DNA of 64,000 bases from Eledone cirrhosa (lineage: Eukaryota), in contig OZ024744.1 of assembly GCA_964016885.1 (NCBI GenBank), forward strand, positions 83,142,001 to 83,206,000. The letters are read 5' to 3'. The notes beneath the pieces were generated by a model that was given only the letters and a program-made list of their open reading frames with translations, did no database searches and had not been told where the DNA came from. Position numbers and translations under genes: made by a program. Below, in pieces: positions 12,528-27,841 of this stretch. Numbering within the stretch: the stretch's first letter is position 1; every line of letters begins with the position of its first letter.

Positions 12528-13858
12528 GTAAAAATATACACATATAAAATATTATTCACCCACAAATAACAACGTAAAAAATAGAAAAGTCTTATATTCG
12601 GACAAAAAAAAAAAGAGATCGTTTGGATAATGTGAAGGTTATCAAGGAGAAAAATAATGATTTTATTTTTTGGTAGCTTAGTTCTAGTGAAATCTAAATA
12701 TTTTAGTCGTGTACCAGAATTTTCCCCCCGAATAAAAGGTTCATCAAGTCTTAATTCCAGATACACTTCTGAAGTGAGAAATTGACCAATCCCATGTTGT
12801 GTTCTGTTAAAAGAGAAATAAAAAAAAAACAGTCTAATATTATTCTTAAGAATCTTCAGACAAAAAGAAAAATTATTGCTGTTTAACATCCTTGTGGACG
12901 ATAAAAAGAAGTGGAGAAATTATTTAAGTATAAAAGTCAGTAAATAGAAACATTCAGTTTGTTGGGAATAAAACAAAACAAAATAAACTATACTATTCGC
13001 TTAGAATAATAAAAAGAGACACAAACATTTATTTAACCAGGAATCGAAAACTAACAGATATACAGAACATACAGAAACTACTATTATTTTATACTGTATA
13101 CGTATTATGCAGAGATACTATAGATAAAACGGAAACATATTACACATTCCCAAGGCAGACATTGAACTGTGCACTGTTTACTCAATGAGAGTAGCAGCAA
13201 AAATACAAAGAAATATCGTACACAAACCAAACCAAAACAAAACAAAACATAAAACAAAAAAGCGCCAAAAGAACAGTAGCAACAGTTAATGGATTGCAGA
13301 AACGGTAGTGCGCCGCGAAAAATGGCTTCCTTTACATTCTTAGTTCAGATCTTGCTCAGATCGATTTCGCCTTCCAACCCCCAATGGTCAAAAGTATAAA
13401 TATTAAACAAGATCTGATGCTGCTATAATTAGCCTTTCTACAAAATGTGGACTCTCCTGCTTAAACGTATTTTCGTTCCTCTTTAAATAGATGACAGCTG
13501 TTACTGCGTTGTTTCATACTGTTGTTTTTCTTGCTGTTCCTTTGTTACAGATTAGCTTTGACTAAGCAGACATTTGATCAAGGACATTCCAGTCGCGATT
13601 TCCCGTTTTCTTTTTAAAACACTGTTTGACTCAAATTTGGTTGCTATTTCATGGAGTTTGAGCAAATTCCGTAGAAGCTTCTTTTTTTTTTACTCGAGTA
13701 TTGTGTTATAGTGATATGTGCTGATAATAATATTTTTCTCCTTGATAACCTTCACATTATCCAAACGATTTTTTTTTTATTGTCCGAATATAAGACTTTT
13801 CTATTTTTTACGTTGTTATTTGTGAGTGAATATTATTTCATATGTGTATATTTTTAAT
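12528..13858. repeat. Inverted repeat pair (about 130 bp arms at 12528-12657 and 13728-13858) around a 1 kb spacer, flanked by (TA)n
   Basis: cacaaataacaacgtaaaaaatagaaaagtcttatattcggaca..tttggataatgtgaaggttatcaaggagaaaaata recurs as its reverse complement. Confidence 0.85.
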
Positions 13859-14003
13859 ATATATACATATACATATATATACATACATATATATATATAT
13901 GTGTGTGCGCGTGTATGCGTGAGTGTGTGTATACATATATATATATATAATAGTAATGGGTGGAGACCGTGTAAAATACGTGATGTATGTGAGTGGTATT
14001 ATA

Positions 14004-14186
14004 TTGGCAGTATCGGTAGAGCGTCAGACAACATGCTTCATGCTATAGAGTTATGGGTTTTTACGTTCTGAGTTCAAATCCTGCCGAGTTTAACTTAGCC
14101 TTTCATCCTTACGGGGTCGATAAAATAAAGTACCAGTAATACAGCGGAGCAATTGCTGGTCTTGTGCCCAAAGTAGAAACAATTAT
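14004..14186 (+). mobile_element. tRNA-derived SINE
   Basis: SINE consensus. Confidence 0.88.
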
Positions 14187-15409
14187 CAGTAGGCGATTAT
14201 ATAGAATATGGCTGAGTTATAGTATTGGTAGGTGACTGTGCAGAATATGTACTGTTTAACTTATGTTGGCTGTGTTATAGTATTGGATATGTTATAATTT
14301 TAGGTGGTGGTTGTGTAGAATCTGTAGAGCGTATGAGTTGTATTGTAACATTCGGTGGTGATTGTATAGAACATTTTTTATTGTGTAGGTCGCGTTATAG
14401 TATCGGGAGGTTTTTGTGAAATAAATGTACTGAGTAAATTGTGCTTTAGTATTGGCTGGTAGTTTTGTAGAGTATATATTGTGAAACTCGTATTGGAAAG
14501 TGATTGTGTAAAATATATGTTAAGTCGTAATAGAGTATTAGGCATTGACTGTGTCTAATACGTAACATATAAATTGAAATAGGAGTCAAATCTCGTTCAA
14601 ATCACACCACAATATCAATAAATAATGAAACCATACGAAAAGACCGGATTTTCACGATTAGAAGGGCTTTCATTGCAGATATTCCCGCTCATACAATGCT
14701 GACCTCAATTTGGACAACAATAAAAACAAAAAGTCTATAAAGAAACAAGGTGGTATAAACGTACACCACAAGCTATATCTGAAAATGACAGGGTAATAAT
14801 TCTCTGAAACGTGCCTACACACTGACAAAGTGTCATGGGAAAACAGTCTAGATATTATCATTAATGACCACGTCTAATAGAAGTAACAATCCCAGTGGAT
14901 GAAAACATTTCACTAAAACTAAGACAATCTGTCTAATTATACAGACAGAGAAATGGAAATATCCTGGACACACGGGCTAATAAATAAATAAATAATACAT
15001 AATATCAGTACATAAACTATAGCTTAAAAAAATTTAATATAACTATACATATAATTGGATTAACTAAAGTACACCACAGACAAAAAGTAACAACGATGGT
15101 TATGCCCCAGCATGACCTTAACACGATCATAGCCCCAAATAATGTATAATTTACATGAAAATTCGTTGAGTACGTTTGGGAAAAACATACATGACAAATG
15201 AAAGAATTAAAGAAAAAATGTTCAAATGTTCAGCTTATGTCGTTTATATTGTATATAAAAAGTCGACATTTCGTTTATACTTTACCTATATGGACTTAAT
15301 AAGGTAGCCCCAAATAATTTATAATTTATATGAAAATTCGTTGAGTGATTTTGAGAAACAAAAATACATTAATTATGAAGTAAGCTATCGGGTATGTATC
15401 AACGAGTGA

Positions 15410-15502
<93 letters not shown>

Positions 15503-15567
15503 TTATTCCGGGTTGAATCGGAGGAAACCACAGTAAATAAGGTACTCAATATATCTATATATATATA

Positions 15568-16094
<527 letters not shown>

Positions 16095-16096
<2 letters not shown>

Positions 16097-16860
16097 GTGT
16101 GTCCTCATGCACTTCGTGGGCACTATCTTACATTCACTGTATCCATGTCCATTGTCGATCCTATCATATAAGGGCGTAGATATGGCTGTATTGCTATGAC
16201 AGACTGATGAAGCAACGCTAAACTGCTTCGAAAGGTGACCGTTCACTTTGACGACTGAGTATACCACTGTACATAGCAGCAATCCGGCCCCTGAAAGTGG
16301 AACGAAGCCTGCCTCTTTGAGGAGAGTCACCAGATAGCGATGGTCGGCACTATTGAAAGCTTTCAACCCTTCGACTGATCCAAATTGGCCAATGCCTACC
16401 GAGGCAAAATTTCGGACCCATTCTCTCTAAGATATATCGTATGAAGTGCAGGTTTTGTGTGGAATAACTGTTTGGGCTCGCGTGTATTTGCGGTCCCTGA
16501 TAAAACCACCAACGACAAGCATCAAAATCTTTCCTAACACCTTCTCTAATTGCCTCCTCTAATTTACTCACTAGTTCCACCTCTAATTCCACCGTTCTGT
16601 CAAGACGATGTCAAAGAAGTCTAGCATAAATCCGTAAAATTTTATCTAAACCGGTAGATTTGCGTCTCCACATACTGCAACATGCGTCGGCCTATCGCAG
16701 CCTTTCACATGGGATGCTACGAACCAAAGCAGGGCATCATAGCAGGGCGTCGAGTAAATTCACCACCATCTCCAACCTTCTCCTGTCCAAACAATCGGGC
16801 AAGGTGCCACAGCAAGGCTACTCTTATCCGTCGGGAACCGTGCAGTACTTATTTGTTGTG
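16095..16860 (-). mobile_element. Degenerate, multiply deleted Tx1-like LINE
   Basis: Remnants LEEAIR, NLHFIRYILER, DHRYL..AGF.P and VKVNGHLS match 37846-39111. Confidence 0.75.
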
Positions 16861-17320
16861 ATTGTTTTCAAAGAGTAAATCTTGGGTTTGTTTCTACTAT
16901 CAGAGCTTATTGAACGTTTTTAATTTACCTTATGCATGAGTGCATGATCCTTTGTATTGAACATCGAAAAATGGTCTAGGGACATTCCAGCCTCTAGCGC
17001 TTCCGTTGCATTTCCTCTACTATTAGCATCTTCTAATTTTCTACTAGGCATCCATTTAATCTCTTTATTTGTATCGCTCCCTCTTTACTATCGGCTGATG
17101 ATTCTGCTCCAATCGAACATTTTTTCAAGTCACCCCATAATCGGTTGTTGACAATTGTCACTGTCAACTGCCGCATAACTGACTGATACTAATCGCATCA
17201 ACACGCGCCATGTGTCAAGACTGCGCCCGTACGATTCCATCAAGAACTAACATCCTTTCACTTCCTTTCATTTTGACATTCATCAGCAAATGTGCAGATT
17301 GTATTGAAAATCCCGCGATA

Positions 17321-17369
<49 letters not shown>

Positions 17370-17442
17370 TACACACACTCACACACTCACACATAGACAC
17401 ACATATACATATATACGCACACACACACACATATATATATAC

Positions 17443-17499
<57 letters not shown>

Positions 17500-17500
<1 letters not shown>

Positions 17501-17610
17501 GTAACGAAGGAGTTGTGGTAAGGAACCAGATGGACCATAAGGCACCAGAGTACTCAATACTTAGGGTAGTAGAGTTGGTAATAGGAAAAAGTTGTATATA
17601 TATGTATATG

Positions 17611-17705
<95 letters not shown>

Positions 17706-17894
17706 CGAAGGTAATGTGATAAGCAACCAAGTGGACCATATCGCACCAAAGTACTCAATACTTAGGGTAGTAGAGTGGGTAATAGGAACGAGTAGGACCC
17801 CGACGGCTGAGCTCAAGCCGTTTCGACGGCTAATTCTCTTGAATTAGCCGTCGAAACGGCTTGAGCTCAGCCGTCGGGGTCCTACTCGTTCCTA
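17500..17894 (-). mobile_element. Foldback family B: tails (17500-17590, 17703-17782) and palindrome 17782-17894
   Basis: taggaacgagtaggaccccgacggctgagctcaagccgtttcgacggctaattc with its exact reverse complement, inside (TA)n. Confidence 0.85.
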
Positions 17895-17963
17895 TATATA
17901 TATATATATATATAATTAGAAAGTGAACAACTCAATATAGCTTTTCCTATGGAATTACCTAAA

Positions 17964-18045
<82 letters not shown>

Positions 18046-18080
18046 TCATCATATCATCATCATCATCATCATCATCATCA

Positions 18081-21000
18081 GTTTACGTCCGCTTTTCTCT
18101 GCTTGCAAGGGTGGGACGCGTCCTATTCAGCACAGCATCTCTCAACTTGTCACGGTCATTCGTCATCTCCTCCATGAGCTTCAATGATCTGAGGTCTGTT
18201 CTCACCACCTCCACCCATGTTTTTCGTGGTCTTCCTCTACTACGTCTTCCTTCAACCGGCATTTCTTGGCACTTCTTCACCCATCGCTCATCCTCCATGC
18301 GCATCATATGTCCATACCATCGCAGTCTTCTCTCTCGCACACTACAACTTATCCCTTTTATACACTACAACTTATCCCTTTTATACACGTTCACGTACAT
18401 TGACATTACACATTCAACGGAGCATGCTTGTTTCATTTTTCTCCTGCCGTCGCATATCCTCTGCAGTTGCTGCCCATGTCTCACTACCATTCAGTATCAC
18501 ACATCTCACACAGGCATCATATAACCGGCCTTTCTTACGCAGAGAGAAACCCTTCTTTCGTCAGCAGAGGAAGCAGCTCCTTAAACTTCTTCCAACCCGT
18601 CCTTATTCTAGATACTATGGCCTCGGAACACCCACCTCCCATGCTAATCAGATCACATATGTACCGGAAGCTATCAAACACTTCTATAGCACCCACCTGC
18701 ATTTGAAAAATGTGTCTATCAATGCGACTTCTACTGTCTAATTTCCCTGTACAACTACTGCATACAACTAACTACCTGTTAGTTTGCCTGCTATCCCACT
18801 ACATCTCTTGTGTACGCAAGAACTGCATTGTGTACATTTTATAGAATTTATGCCAGTTCCTTTCCTGCATATCGAATATGGTCATTTCCCTGAGGGAATC
18901 AGAGTTTTATCCGCTTTTCTACTCATCATCACTTTTGTCTTAGCGAGGTTCACTCTCAGCCCTCATAATTCCAACTGTTATTTCCATAGCCAGAATTTAT
19001 TATCTAGCTCCTCTATTGATTCTGCTATAAGAACCAAATCGTCAGCATAGAGAAGTTCCCATGTACAGCCAGTCTTAAACTCCTCTATTATGGCTTGGAG
19101 GAATATAATGAACAAGAACGGGCTGAGTACTGAACCCTGATGTACACCTACTTGTATCTGGAATTCATCACTAAAATCCATTCCTACCCTCACTTTACTG
19201 ACACCACCTCTGTACAAAGCTTGCACTGTCCTCACAAGCCATTCCTCAACACCTAGTTTCCTTAGGGACCACCATATGACAGATTGGGGTACCCTATCAA
19301 AGGCCTTCTCTAGGTCAACAAAAGCTAAGTATAGTGGCTTATTCTTCTCTAAGAACCTCTCTTATAGTTGCCTCACTAAGAAGAGGGCATCTGTTGTACT
19401 TTTCCCAGGCACAAAACCAAACTGAATCTCATCTAATTTGACCCTTTCTCTAATTAGTTGCGCTAATATCCTTTCTGCCATTTTCATAACCTGATCCATC
19501 AGTTTTAAGCCTCTATAATTGCTTCCCTCCAGAGCATCCCCTTTACCTTTGAAGCAATTTATGAGAATACTGCTGCACCAGTCTTTGTGTATGACACCGC
19601 CATATATAGCCTGATTGATGATGCGTGCAACCAATTTGGTGCCTACGTCCCCTGATGCCTTCAGCATCTCAGCTACTATCCCCGACGGCCCAGCGGCCTT
19701 ACCATTTTTCATTTACTTAACCGCTTCTTGGACCCTATATTCGTCAATCTCAATAGCTGGTCCCTCTGTCGGATCTACTGGGGGTAATTTCTCTCTCTCC
19801 CATTCGTTCTCCACATTCATCAGTCTCTCATAATGACATTTCCAGGCCTCCTTTTTCTGATCATTCGTGACACTAAGTACACCGGCATCATTCCGGACAC
19901 ACTTATCTCCAACAACATCCTTATTTTCACTGACACACTGCCTTGCAATACGGAACACCGCACGTCTCTGATCTTCCCGTCGCAGAACATTAGCAAACCT
20001 CCTACTCTCAGCCTCCCTGAGTGCTAAGTACACCTGACGTCTAGCTTCTCTCTTAGCGGCTGTATATCCTTCTCTACTCCCACCATTTTTCCAAGCCTTC
20101 CATGTTATTCTTTTGTCTCTAATGGCTCTATCTACCGTGCTGTTCCACCACCAGGTCACTCTCTGTCTGGTTAGAGCTCTGCTCCAGCCACAAGTTTCTT
20201 CAATAGCCTGCAGTAAGTTGTCACGTAAGAAATTCCAGTTATCATCTATGTCATACTACTCTAAATCGTCTTCTTTTTCGTCACACACGCCTTGAAGGGC
20301 TTTCCTAAATTTGTATTTTAGTGAAAGGTCTTTTAGCTCCCAGGCCTTTCTTCTCCACGCCATCCTGTATGTCTCATTCCGTCTCTTGCTTACTGAGATA
20401 TCACTAACGACTAACCTATGCTGTGGGTACATTCTTCCCCACTATTTCACCAGATCTACCCGTGAGAGTGCCAACATTAAGTGTTGCAACTCTGAGATGC
20501 GACGTCTTCATATTCCTGTTCTTTTTCCTGTAGCGCGATTGCTTGATGACGGTCGGGGGGTTCTCGCACATGGCCTCCACACTACCGTGCGCAGCCCTAA
20601 CATGGTAAGTGTTATTGCTGTTGACGCAGTTGTTACAATTCTCATTTATTGTGCTCATAGATTTTGGTAGTAGTATATATATACTGGTTGGATGCCCTTC
20701 CTAACATCAGTACCACTTTACAGCATGGACTAGGTGCTTTTATTCGTGCCACCAGCACTAGAGAGGATGTCTTACTGGACTCAGGGGCCCTCTCTACCCC
20801 TCCATTTTACAGCATGGACTAGGTGCTTTTATTCGTGCAACCAGCTACTAGATAGGTCGTCTTACTGGACCCAGGAGCCCTAAAACCCCTCCATTTTTAC
20901 AGCATGGACTGGGTGCATTTATTCGTGCCACCAGCACTAGGGAAGTTGTCTTACTGGACTTATAGGATTTCTCTACCTCGCACCAATTTATTCGGAGTGG

Positions 21001-21130
21001 TAGCTCTCCTAGACGGTTTGCCTACATTACGGCTTACAGAGCCTCCATCCGCCCCTTGTCTGTTCTATGATATATTCAAGAGGGAGTGGTTAGCATACAG
21101 CGTCAGGCATGTATACCGAATGTGGTAGAG
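18081..21130 (-). mobile_element. RTE-clade LINE with internal deletions and a (GAT)n tail
   Basis: ATLNVGTLTGR (APE start), GKAAGPSG, NYRGLKL, QFGFVPGKSTTDA, GVHQGSVLSP, LLYADDLVL, RRLRWYGH..RGRPRKTW. The tail is tgatgatgat at 18043-18080. Confidence 0.92.
20716..20961. repeat. Three ~90 bp tandem units in the RTE 5' region
   Basis: tttacagcatggactRggtgc..tattcgtgc..ccagc..ctag..tcttactggac recurs at about 20716, 20806 and 20896. Confidence 0.85.
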
Positions 21131-21474
21131 GTGTTAAGAAAGAACCATAATTGCGGATACATACAATTTTAACACAAATTGTTCAACACAGTTTATAAAT
21201 CACATACATATATATATATACAAATCTCTTTATGTAAAGTCGGACTAGAAATTTTCAGTTCGGCCTTCATTTGTTTTTAATGAATATTTAACTCCGTTCC
21301 TGTACCAACCACTGGAAATCACATCCACCATAGATGAGGTTCATAACGTACAGTTCTTTTCTTACTACTATTACCTTACATTATGGTTTGCTAACCGGAA
21401 TGACCAGTTCTACCCATTGGTAAACCACACAACATAAATAGTATACATATCTATATAATACTAAAACTCTGTGA

Positions 21475-21638
21475 TTGCTTGCTTGCTTGTCTGTAATGTA
21501 ATACAGCAAAAAGGGCGCATAATGGGAAAATACTTTGAATGGAAGTTGCTCTTGAAATGGGAATACAAACGGAATAAAACAAGTGTCGCGTAAATCGAAG
21601 CACGGGTTCCCGAGATATGGGTTTTTTCCGGGTACCTT
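21475..21638 (-). mobile_element. Terminus of a putative DNA transposon family (second copy at 60612-60770, + strand)
   Basis: aaggta.ccggaaaaa.cccatatctcgggaac..cccattt..aacttcc.ttcaaagtattt.cccattatgc is shared in opposite orientation. Confidence 0.55.
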
Positions 21639-21840
21639 TATAAACAGAGAGAGAGAGAAGGATAGAGAGAACATGATAGTGGTTGTTAGAGAGTAGATTG
21701 AAAGAGAAACATAGAGAGAGCGAGAGAGAGCGAGAGAGAGCTGGTGGTGTTGTTGTGTATATATATATATATGAGTGTGCGTATATGTTTGTGTGTCTAT
21801 GACCAGTGTATATAGAGCACATACACCCACATATACATAT

Positions 21841-21872
<32 letters not shown>

Positions 21873-22094
21873 GTATACAAACACACGCATTTATATATAT
21901 ATATATACACACACGTATATACATGGGCCTTCCAGTTTCATATCCTATAATATACATGTCTGTCTATATTTTAATTATTCAAAAATTATTTTTAAGTGAA
22001 CATGATTTTTTAAAAATATTTTGAAACAAAAGTGACCCAAAGGGTCATGAGGGGTCTAGTATATATATATTATTACCTTATCGGTGCATCTGTA

Positions 22095-22378
22095 ATAATG
22101 GTTTCTTATATAGGTACAAGGCCAGTAATTTGGGGGGAAGGGAAAGTCGATTAAATCGACACAAGTGCGTGACTGGTACTTTATTTTATCGACCCCATAA
22201 GGATGAAAGGCAAAGTTAACCTCGGCGGGATTTGAGCTCAGATCATAAAGACGGTGTATCTGTAATAATTGTTTCTACTTTAGGCACAAGGCCAGCAATT
22301 ACCCAGTGCATTACTGGTACTTTATTTTATCGACCCCATAAGGATGAAAGGCAAAGTCAACCTCGGCGGGATTTGAAT
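22095..22378 (-). mobile_element. Two tandem tRNA-derived SINEs
   Basis: SINE consensus. cggtgYatctgtaataat is duplicated at 22082 and 22252. Confidence 0.88.
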
Positions 22379-22379
22379 G

Positions 22380-22900
22380 GCTTCTCGTATATACGTTGTC
22401 TCTACTAGACCTGATTATGTGTTGGTAGCTTTCATGCCAGTCGTGAATATTGTTTTGTCATCTCTTCAGTGGTCAGCCTCCTTTTTTTGGAGGATCTTGG
22501 AATATCTTATTTGAATACTTGCTAGACCATAAATGTCACCGGTTGGCGAATCACATGGCCAAACCATTAAAGTTAGTGCTTATGCATGACTTGGATAATT
22601 GTAAGTTTTTCTACGTCATTCATTTTTTCTGTCTCCCAGCATTTTTATTGCTATGGTACTCAGGCATCCCGTTTCAAAATAGTGGAGTTTATTTCTGTGT
22701 TATGTAAAGTAACATTACCATGTCAATCACTGCTGTTAGGATTTTCACGGCCGGCTATTGTGGCAGTTGCTGTTGATGTTAGATTGTCTTGCTGTCTTCT
22801 GATAGCACGCACAATCAATGGGATTGTGTTGGTTCTCTGTTAGGTGTGTGACATAATCCAAAAGTTTGGATTTTTGTCCGCTTGATGTTTCCTTTCAAAT
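22380..22900 (-). pseudogene. Degenerate RTE-like LINE 3' end
   Basis: Minus-strand remnants WFGHVIR and KRG.P.KR. Confidence 0.5.
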
Positions 22901-23029
22901 ATCGAAGAGTGTTTTCTTTGTTTGCGTGTGTGTAAGTGTGTGTGTCTGTGTGTATTTGAATGTGTTTTATCCCTGAGTGTGTGTGTGTGTGCGTGCGAGA
23001 GAGAGGCTAGTCTATGTTATGTTATATTT

Positions 23030-23700
23030 ATATTTAGCAGTGTATCGTTCCGTTATTATCGCTTCTATCATCAATCATCTAGTTTTGGGAAGAATTATGT
23101 AAGAGATGGATGTGTTATTTACTAATGATTTCCTATCAAGTTTCGTTTTCTGTTCTGTGGTATTCTGAATTGCAATTGCTCCTTATGAAATGCCCGGTGA
23201 GCCAGCGGGCTGGTGGTTCAAATCTATGGCCCATGTAGCATTTAGAGTTGTTGAGTCTACAAATTTCACTTTTGCAATCACATTTGTTGATCATATTGCT
23301 CATTAGTAGTACGTTCATGCGCTTGCAGGCTCGTAGCGTGTTATTGATAAGAATGTTTTTATTTTCAGCATATTTTATGCTTCATTATTCGTGCTAGTTT
23401 ATGATTGGCGGCAATGCATTGCTTTCGGTCGCGCGTTCGTGTATACTATAGTTAGTATATAATTTATCCATGCAACATACTTTACATGTGATTTGTTTAA
23501 TTTTGATAGATGTATTGTTTGATGTATGAACTGTATTTAATTTGTTATAGTATTTATAATTAGCTTGGCCTACTAGCTTGTTGATATAACCGTTTTTAAT
23601 TAGTGTATGTCGGATTGCTTTTTGTTGTACTTAGTTTGTGGAAGAGAATCGAGCATGAATGAACTTATAAGAGAAGATTTCACGCATAAAATTTAATGTT
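23030..23700 (-). pseudogene. Degenerate Penelope-like GIY-YIG region
   Basis: ORF 23136..23318 SNMINKCDC..C..CYMG..RWLTGH resembles the GIY-YIG pattern (VIY.C..C..YIG.T..RL..H). Confidence 0.45.
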
Positions 23701-24311
23701 TGTAAACATTCACTCACTGCGTGCAACCATGCATTTATTTTACACTGTAGTACCACTGGGTGTCTTATGTAGAGCATCTTGAATTGTATGACAGAGGTGT
23801 TTCTATATCATTTGACATTTAATCTTTCACCATTTTCCGGTTTGTCTACAAGAAACATATCAACAACCTGGTATATTTCTTATGCCCACGTTCTCTTGGC
23901 AATTTGCTATTTAATTGTGGCCTTGTCTAACATTTTAAACGTGAGTTTTAATTGAGAATCTATGGCTGATATATTCTTTTTGCTTATGACTCTTGGATAA
24001 AGAAAATAAACTTCGATACAACTTACAAATACTTCAGAAAATTAGGCGATTTTACAAGGAAAACAACAGTGGCATCCATAGCACAAACAGCAAAAACACA
24101 CACAGGTTATAACATTGTTGTCTCCCTTCCGAACGTCAGAGGTCCATAAACACGCACACATAGAACTGAATCTTTTACACTCAAAAATAAACTTTGTAAA
24201 CATGATATAAGAAATGTATACATTCTGCAAGAATTAACGGCAGTAAAATGATTTTATAATTATGCACGACACTCAAATAACAATAATTCAGTAAACATTA
24301 TTACTAGTAAG

Positions 24312-24500
24312 AGACGGCGGTGGATTGGCAGTATCAGTAAAGGGTCGGACGCCATGCTTTGACGCATAGAGTTACGGCCCTTGCCATTCTGAGTTCAAAT
24401 CCCGCCGAGGTTAACTTTGCCATTCATCCTTATGGGGTCGATAAAATAAAGTACCAGTAATACACTGGGTAATTGCTGGCCTTGTGCCAAAATATAAACA
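24312..24500 (+). mobile_element. tRNA-derived SINE with TSD attattactagtaagag
   Basis: Full SINE with the duplication at 24297 and 24501. Confidence 0.9.
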
Positions 24501-24519
24501 ATTATTACTAGTAAGAGAA

Positions 24520-25085
24520 AAAGATAATCACTTTCAACGGATTTTGAGAGAAGCCAAAGCCATCTGCCAGCACGTTATTCTCTAGTCAGCTTGCAATGAC
24601 ACAAAACTGGGAGATAAAAGTTGACCAGCGCAAAAATAAAATAAAAAATTGAATTTCCCAGAGACTAACCAGAGCATTGCTATGGACAGCATAGGCAAAT
24701 ATTTCCAGTAGAACCTAGTATTCACTGGGATAACAACTTTCTGGGAGACAAGAAGAGAAACGCAACGAAGTATGCAAAGCTAGTGGCAGTATGCCGAAAC
24801 AATGACTTGCAAGTGTGATCTGAGCCAAATGAGGTAGAATGCGTAAAAGAACTGAACATGTGATCGGTCAGTAGGCAAAACACCATCAACGTAAGAATGG
24901 AGGAAGAAAAAACGTTTCAAGATGGTTATTCATCAGGAGAGATGAGCCATCGTTGGGCAGTGCTGTCCGTAACTTCATCAACTCCGATTGGCTCACCTGA
25001 TTGAGATCTGAGAGTGTCTGTTTCTTGAAAGACCCGAAGTACCGAATAATCCGAAGCAGCATCATTGACGAAATGTCCAAGAAAT
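24520..25085 (+). pseudogene. Degenerate HERO/R2-like RLE 3' end
   Basis: Remnants WEIKVD..FP, TKYAKLV..CR and EP.EV.C. Confidence 0.5.
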
Positions 25086-25171
25086 ATATACATATACATA
25101 TATATATATATATATTTCGTTTCTGAATTTGTTTAGCAAGATTCTTTATCTGAAAACGTGTGTTGAAACCG

Positions 25172-25480
25172 ATATTGTTATACTTTGGGAGGGTCATGTT
25201 GCCAATAAGAACACACACAAAAACAAGATGACGTAGGACAGAACAAAGGAGATGCACAAAAACAAAGAAAAGAATCCCCAGTCACTGAAGAGGTCACAGA
25301 ATGTGTGACGAAAGAACTTTGAGAATATATATACAATCATCCGGTTGTGGAATCAACCAACCAACCAACCGGAAATTTATAAATTCCTAAATTTATAAAT
25401 TTATTATAATAAATTGAAGTGAAAGCATCTGGTGCGTGCGTTTCTTATTGGCAACATGACCCTCCCAAAGTATAACAATA
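25172..25480. mobile_element. Foldback element with 40 bp terminal inverted repeats and a partial hammerhead core (related copy at 51276-51388)
   Basis: tattgttatactttgggagggtcatgttgccaataagaa and its reverse complement. CTGAAGA-gtcaca/tgtgac-GAAA lies at 25285-25313. Confidence 0.7.
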
Positions 25481-25599
25481 TATATATATATATATAATAC
25501 ATACATAGATATATATATATAATTTATTTGTTTATTTATTATTAGTACAGATCAAAGTTTAAGCAAAAAATTTGTGCAGCTCAACCTAATAAATTCTAA

Positions 25600-25892
25600 T
25601 TTTATTTTTAATATTTGGCAAGGGCAGCCGTAACTCGCTCGGTATGCAAGTGTGGCTACCCAGCCGATGTGTACTTAAGAAAATACTATATATTTTCAAC
25701 CGTTCAACAGACTGGAAGAGGTATACAGTCCTGATGAAGAGTAATGACCTATAAACGTGTTGATTGTTCCTCAAAGCCAGTGTTGAACAAACAGGTGACG
25801 ATCACTCACCGGCACGGCACAGCTTGAAATCGGGCTGTTTGTTTACAAACAAATCGAGCATTATTATTAATGTTCGGTATTACCCATACGTA
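25600..25892 (+). mobile_element. pLTR-like element related to 33540-33815, with a mutated hammerhead at 25725-25767
   Basis: acagtc-CTGATGA-..-TAAA-cgtg-TT-gattgt. Homologous to the reverse complement of 33540-33815. Confidence 0.7.
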
Positions 25893-25907
25893 TATATGTA
25901 TATATGT

Positions 25908-25991
<84 letters not shown>

Positions 25992-26339
25992 TGTGCATAC
26001 TTATATATATATGTATATATATACATATGCACTCACTCACACAAACACACAGTCATATGTGTATATATATGATAGAAAGAATTTTATATTATTGCCTCTA
26101 CATTTTGCACAAGGCCAGTAATTATCCAAGTACATTACTGGTACTTTATTTTATCGACCTCGTAAGGATCCCACATATTTATTTTGTATTCAACATTATA
26201 ACGAACTTTTTTCTATCTCCCTCTTGCCTTTACTCTATTTCTCCTTCTCTCTCCTTTTTTTTAATTATTGAATACATATATATATAATACTATATATAAT
26301 GATTATTTAAAATTTAAACTAATTATGTTTCCATACACA

Positions 26340-27211
<872 letters not shown>

Positions 27212-27215
<4 letters not shown>

Positions 27216-27635
27216 ATTAAGTCAAATAATTAAAATTTGGCTTCGTTTATTAAAGATGAACTGCTATATATATATTTCAGTGACAGCCATCATTGGCTGT
27301 GACCTCTTCAGGCAGTCCGAATGGGTCTGAAAAGACAGGTACTCATGTTGTGAAGTGTTTTACCCAGTCAATACTCCGATATGTCCAGCTCCTGGTTGGG
27401 TTGTTATTTCTCTGAGGAACTGGAATAATATGAAGAGATCACAGCCAATGATGGCTGTCACCGAAATATATATAGCAGTACATCTTTAATAAACGAAGCC
27501 AAATTTTAAATATTTGAGTTAATTATTTTACATTACACAGGAGTAACCTAACCAACCTGCGTACTTCGTCGAGTGCTCCAATCTGCATACTGAGGTGTCG
27601 GTAAACAACCAACATATACTAAAAATGTATATTAT
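27212..27635. mobile_element. Foldback family C: arms 27212-27310 and 27431-27526, plus tail
   Basis: Inverted arms next to (TA)n, containing a hammerhead. Confidence 0.8.
27260..27316 (-). ncRNA. Type I hammerhead ribozyme motif (family C)
   Basis: actgc-CTGAAGA-gg(tc)acagcca/tggctgt(ca)ct-GAAA-tatatata-TA-gcagt. Confidence 0.85.
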
Positions 27636-27641
27636 ATATAT

Positions 27642-27841
27642 NNNNNNNNNNNNNNNNNNNNNNNNNNNNNNNNNNNNNNNNNNNNNNNNNNNNNNNNNNN
27701 NNNNNNNNNNNNNNNNNNNNNNNNNNNNNNNNNNNNNNNNNNNNNNNNNNNNNNNNNNNNNNNNNNNNNNNNNNNNNNNNNNNNNNNNNNNNNNNNNNNN
27801 NNNNNNNNNNNNNNNNNNNNNNNNNNNNNNNNNNNNNNNNN
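27642..27841. other. Assembly gap (200 N)
   Basis: Run of N. Confidence 1.
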
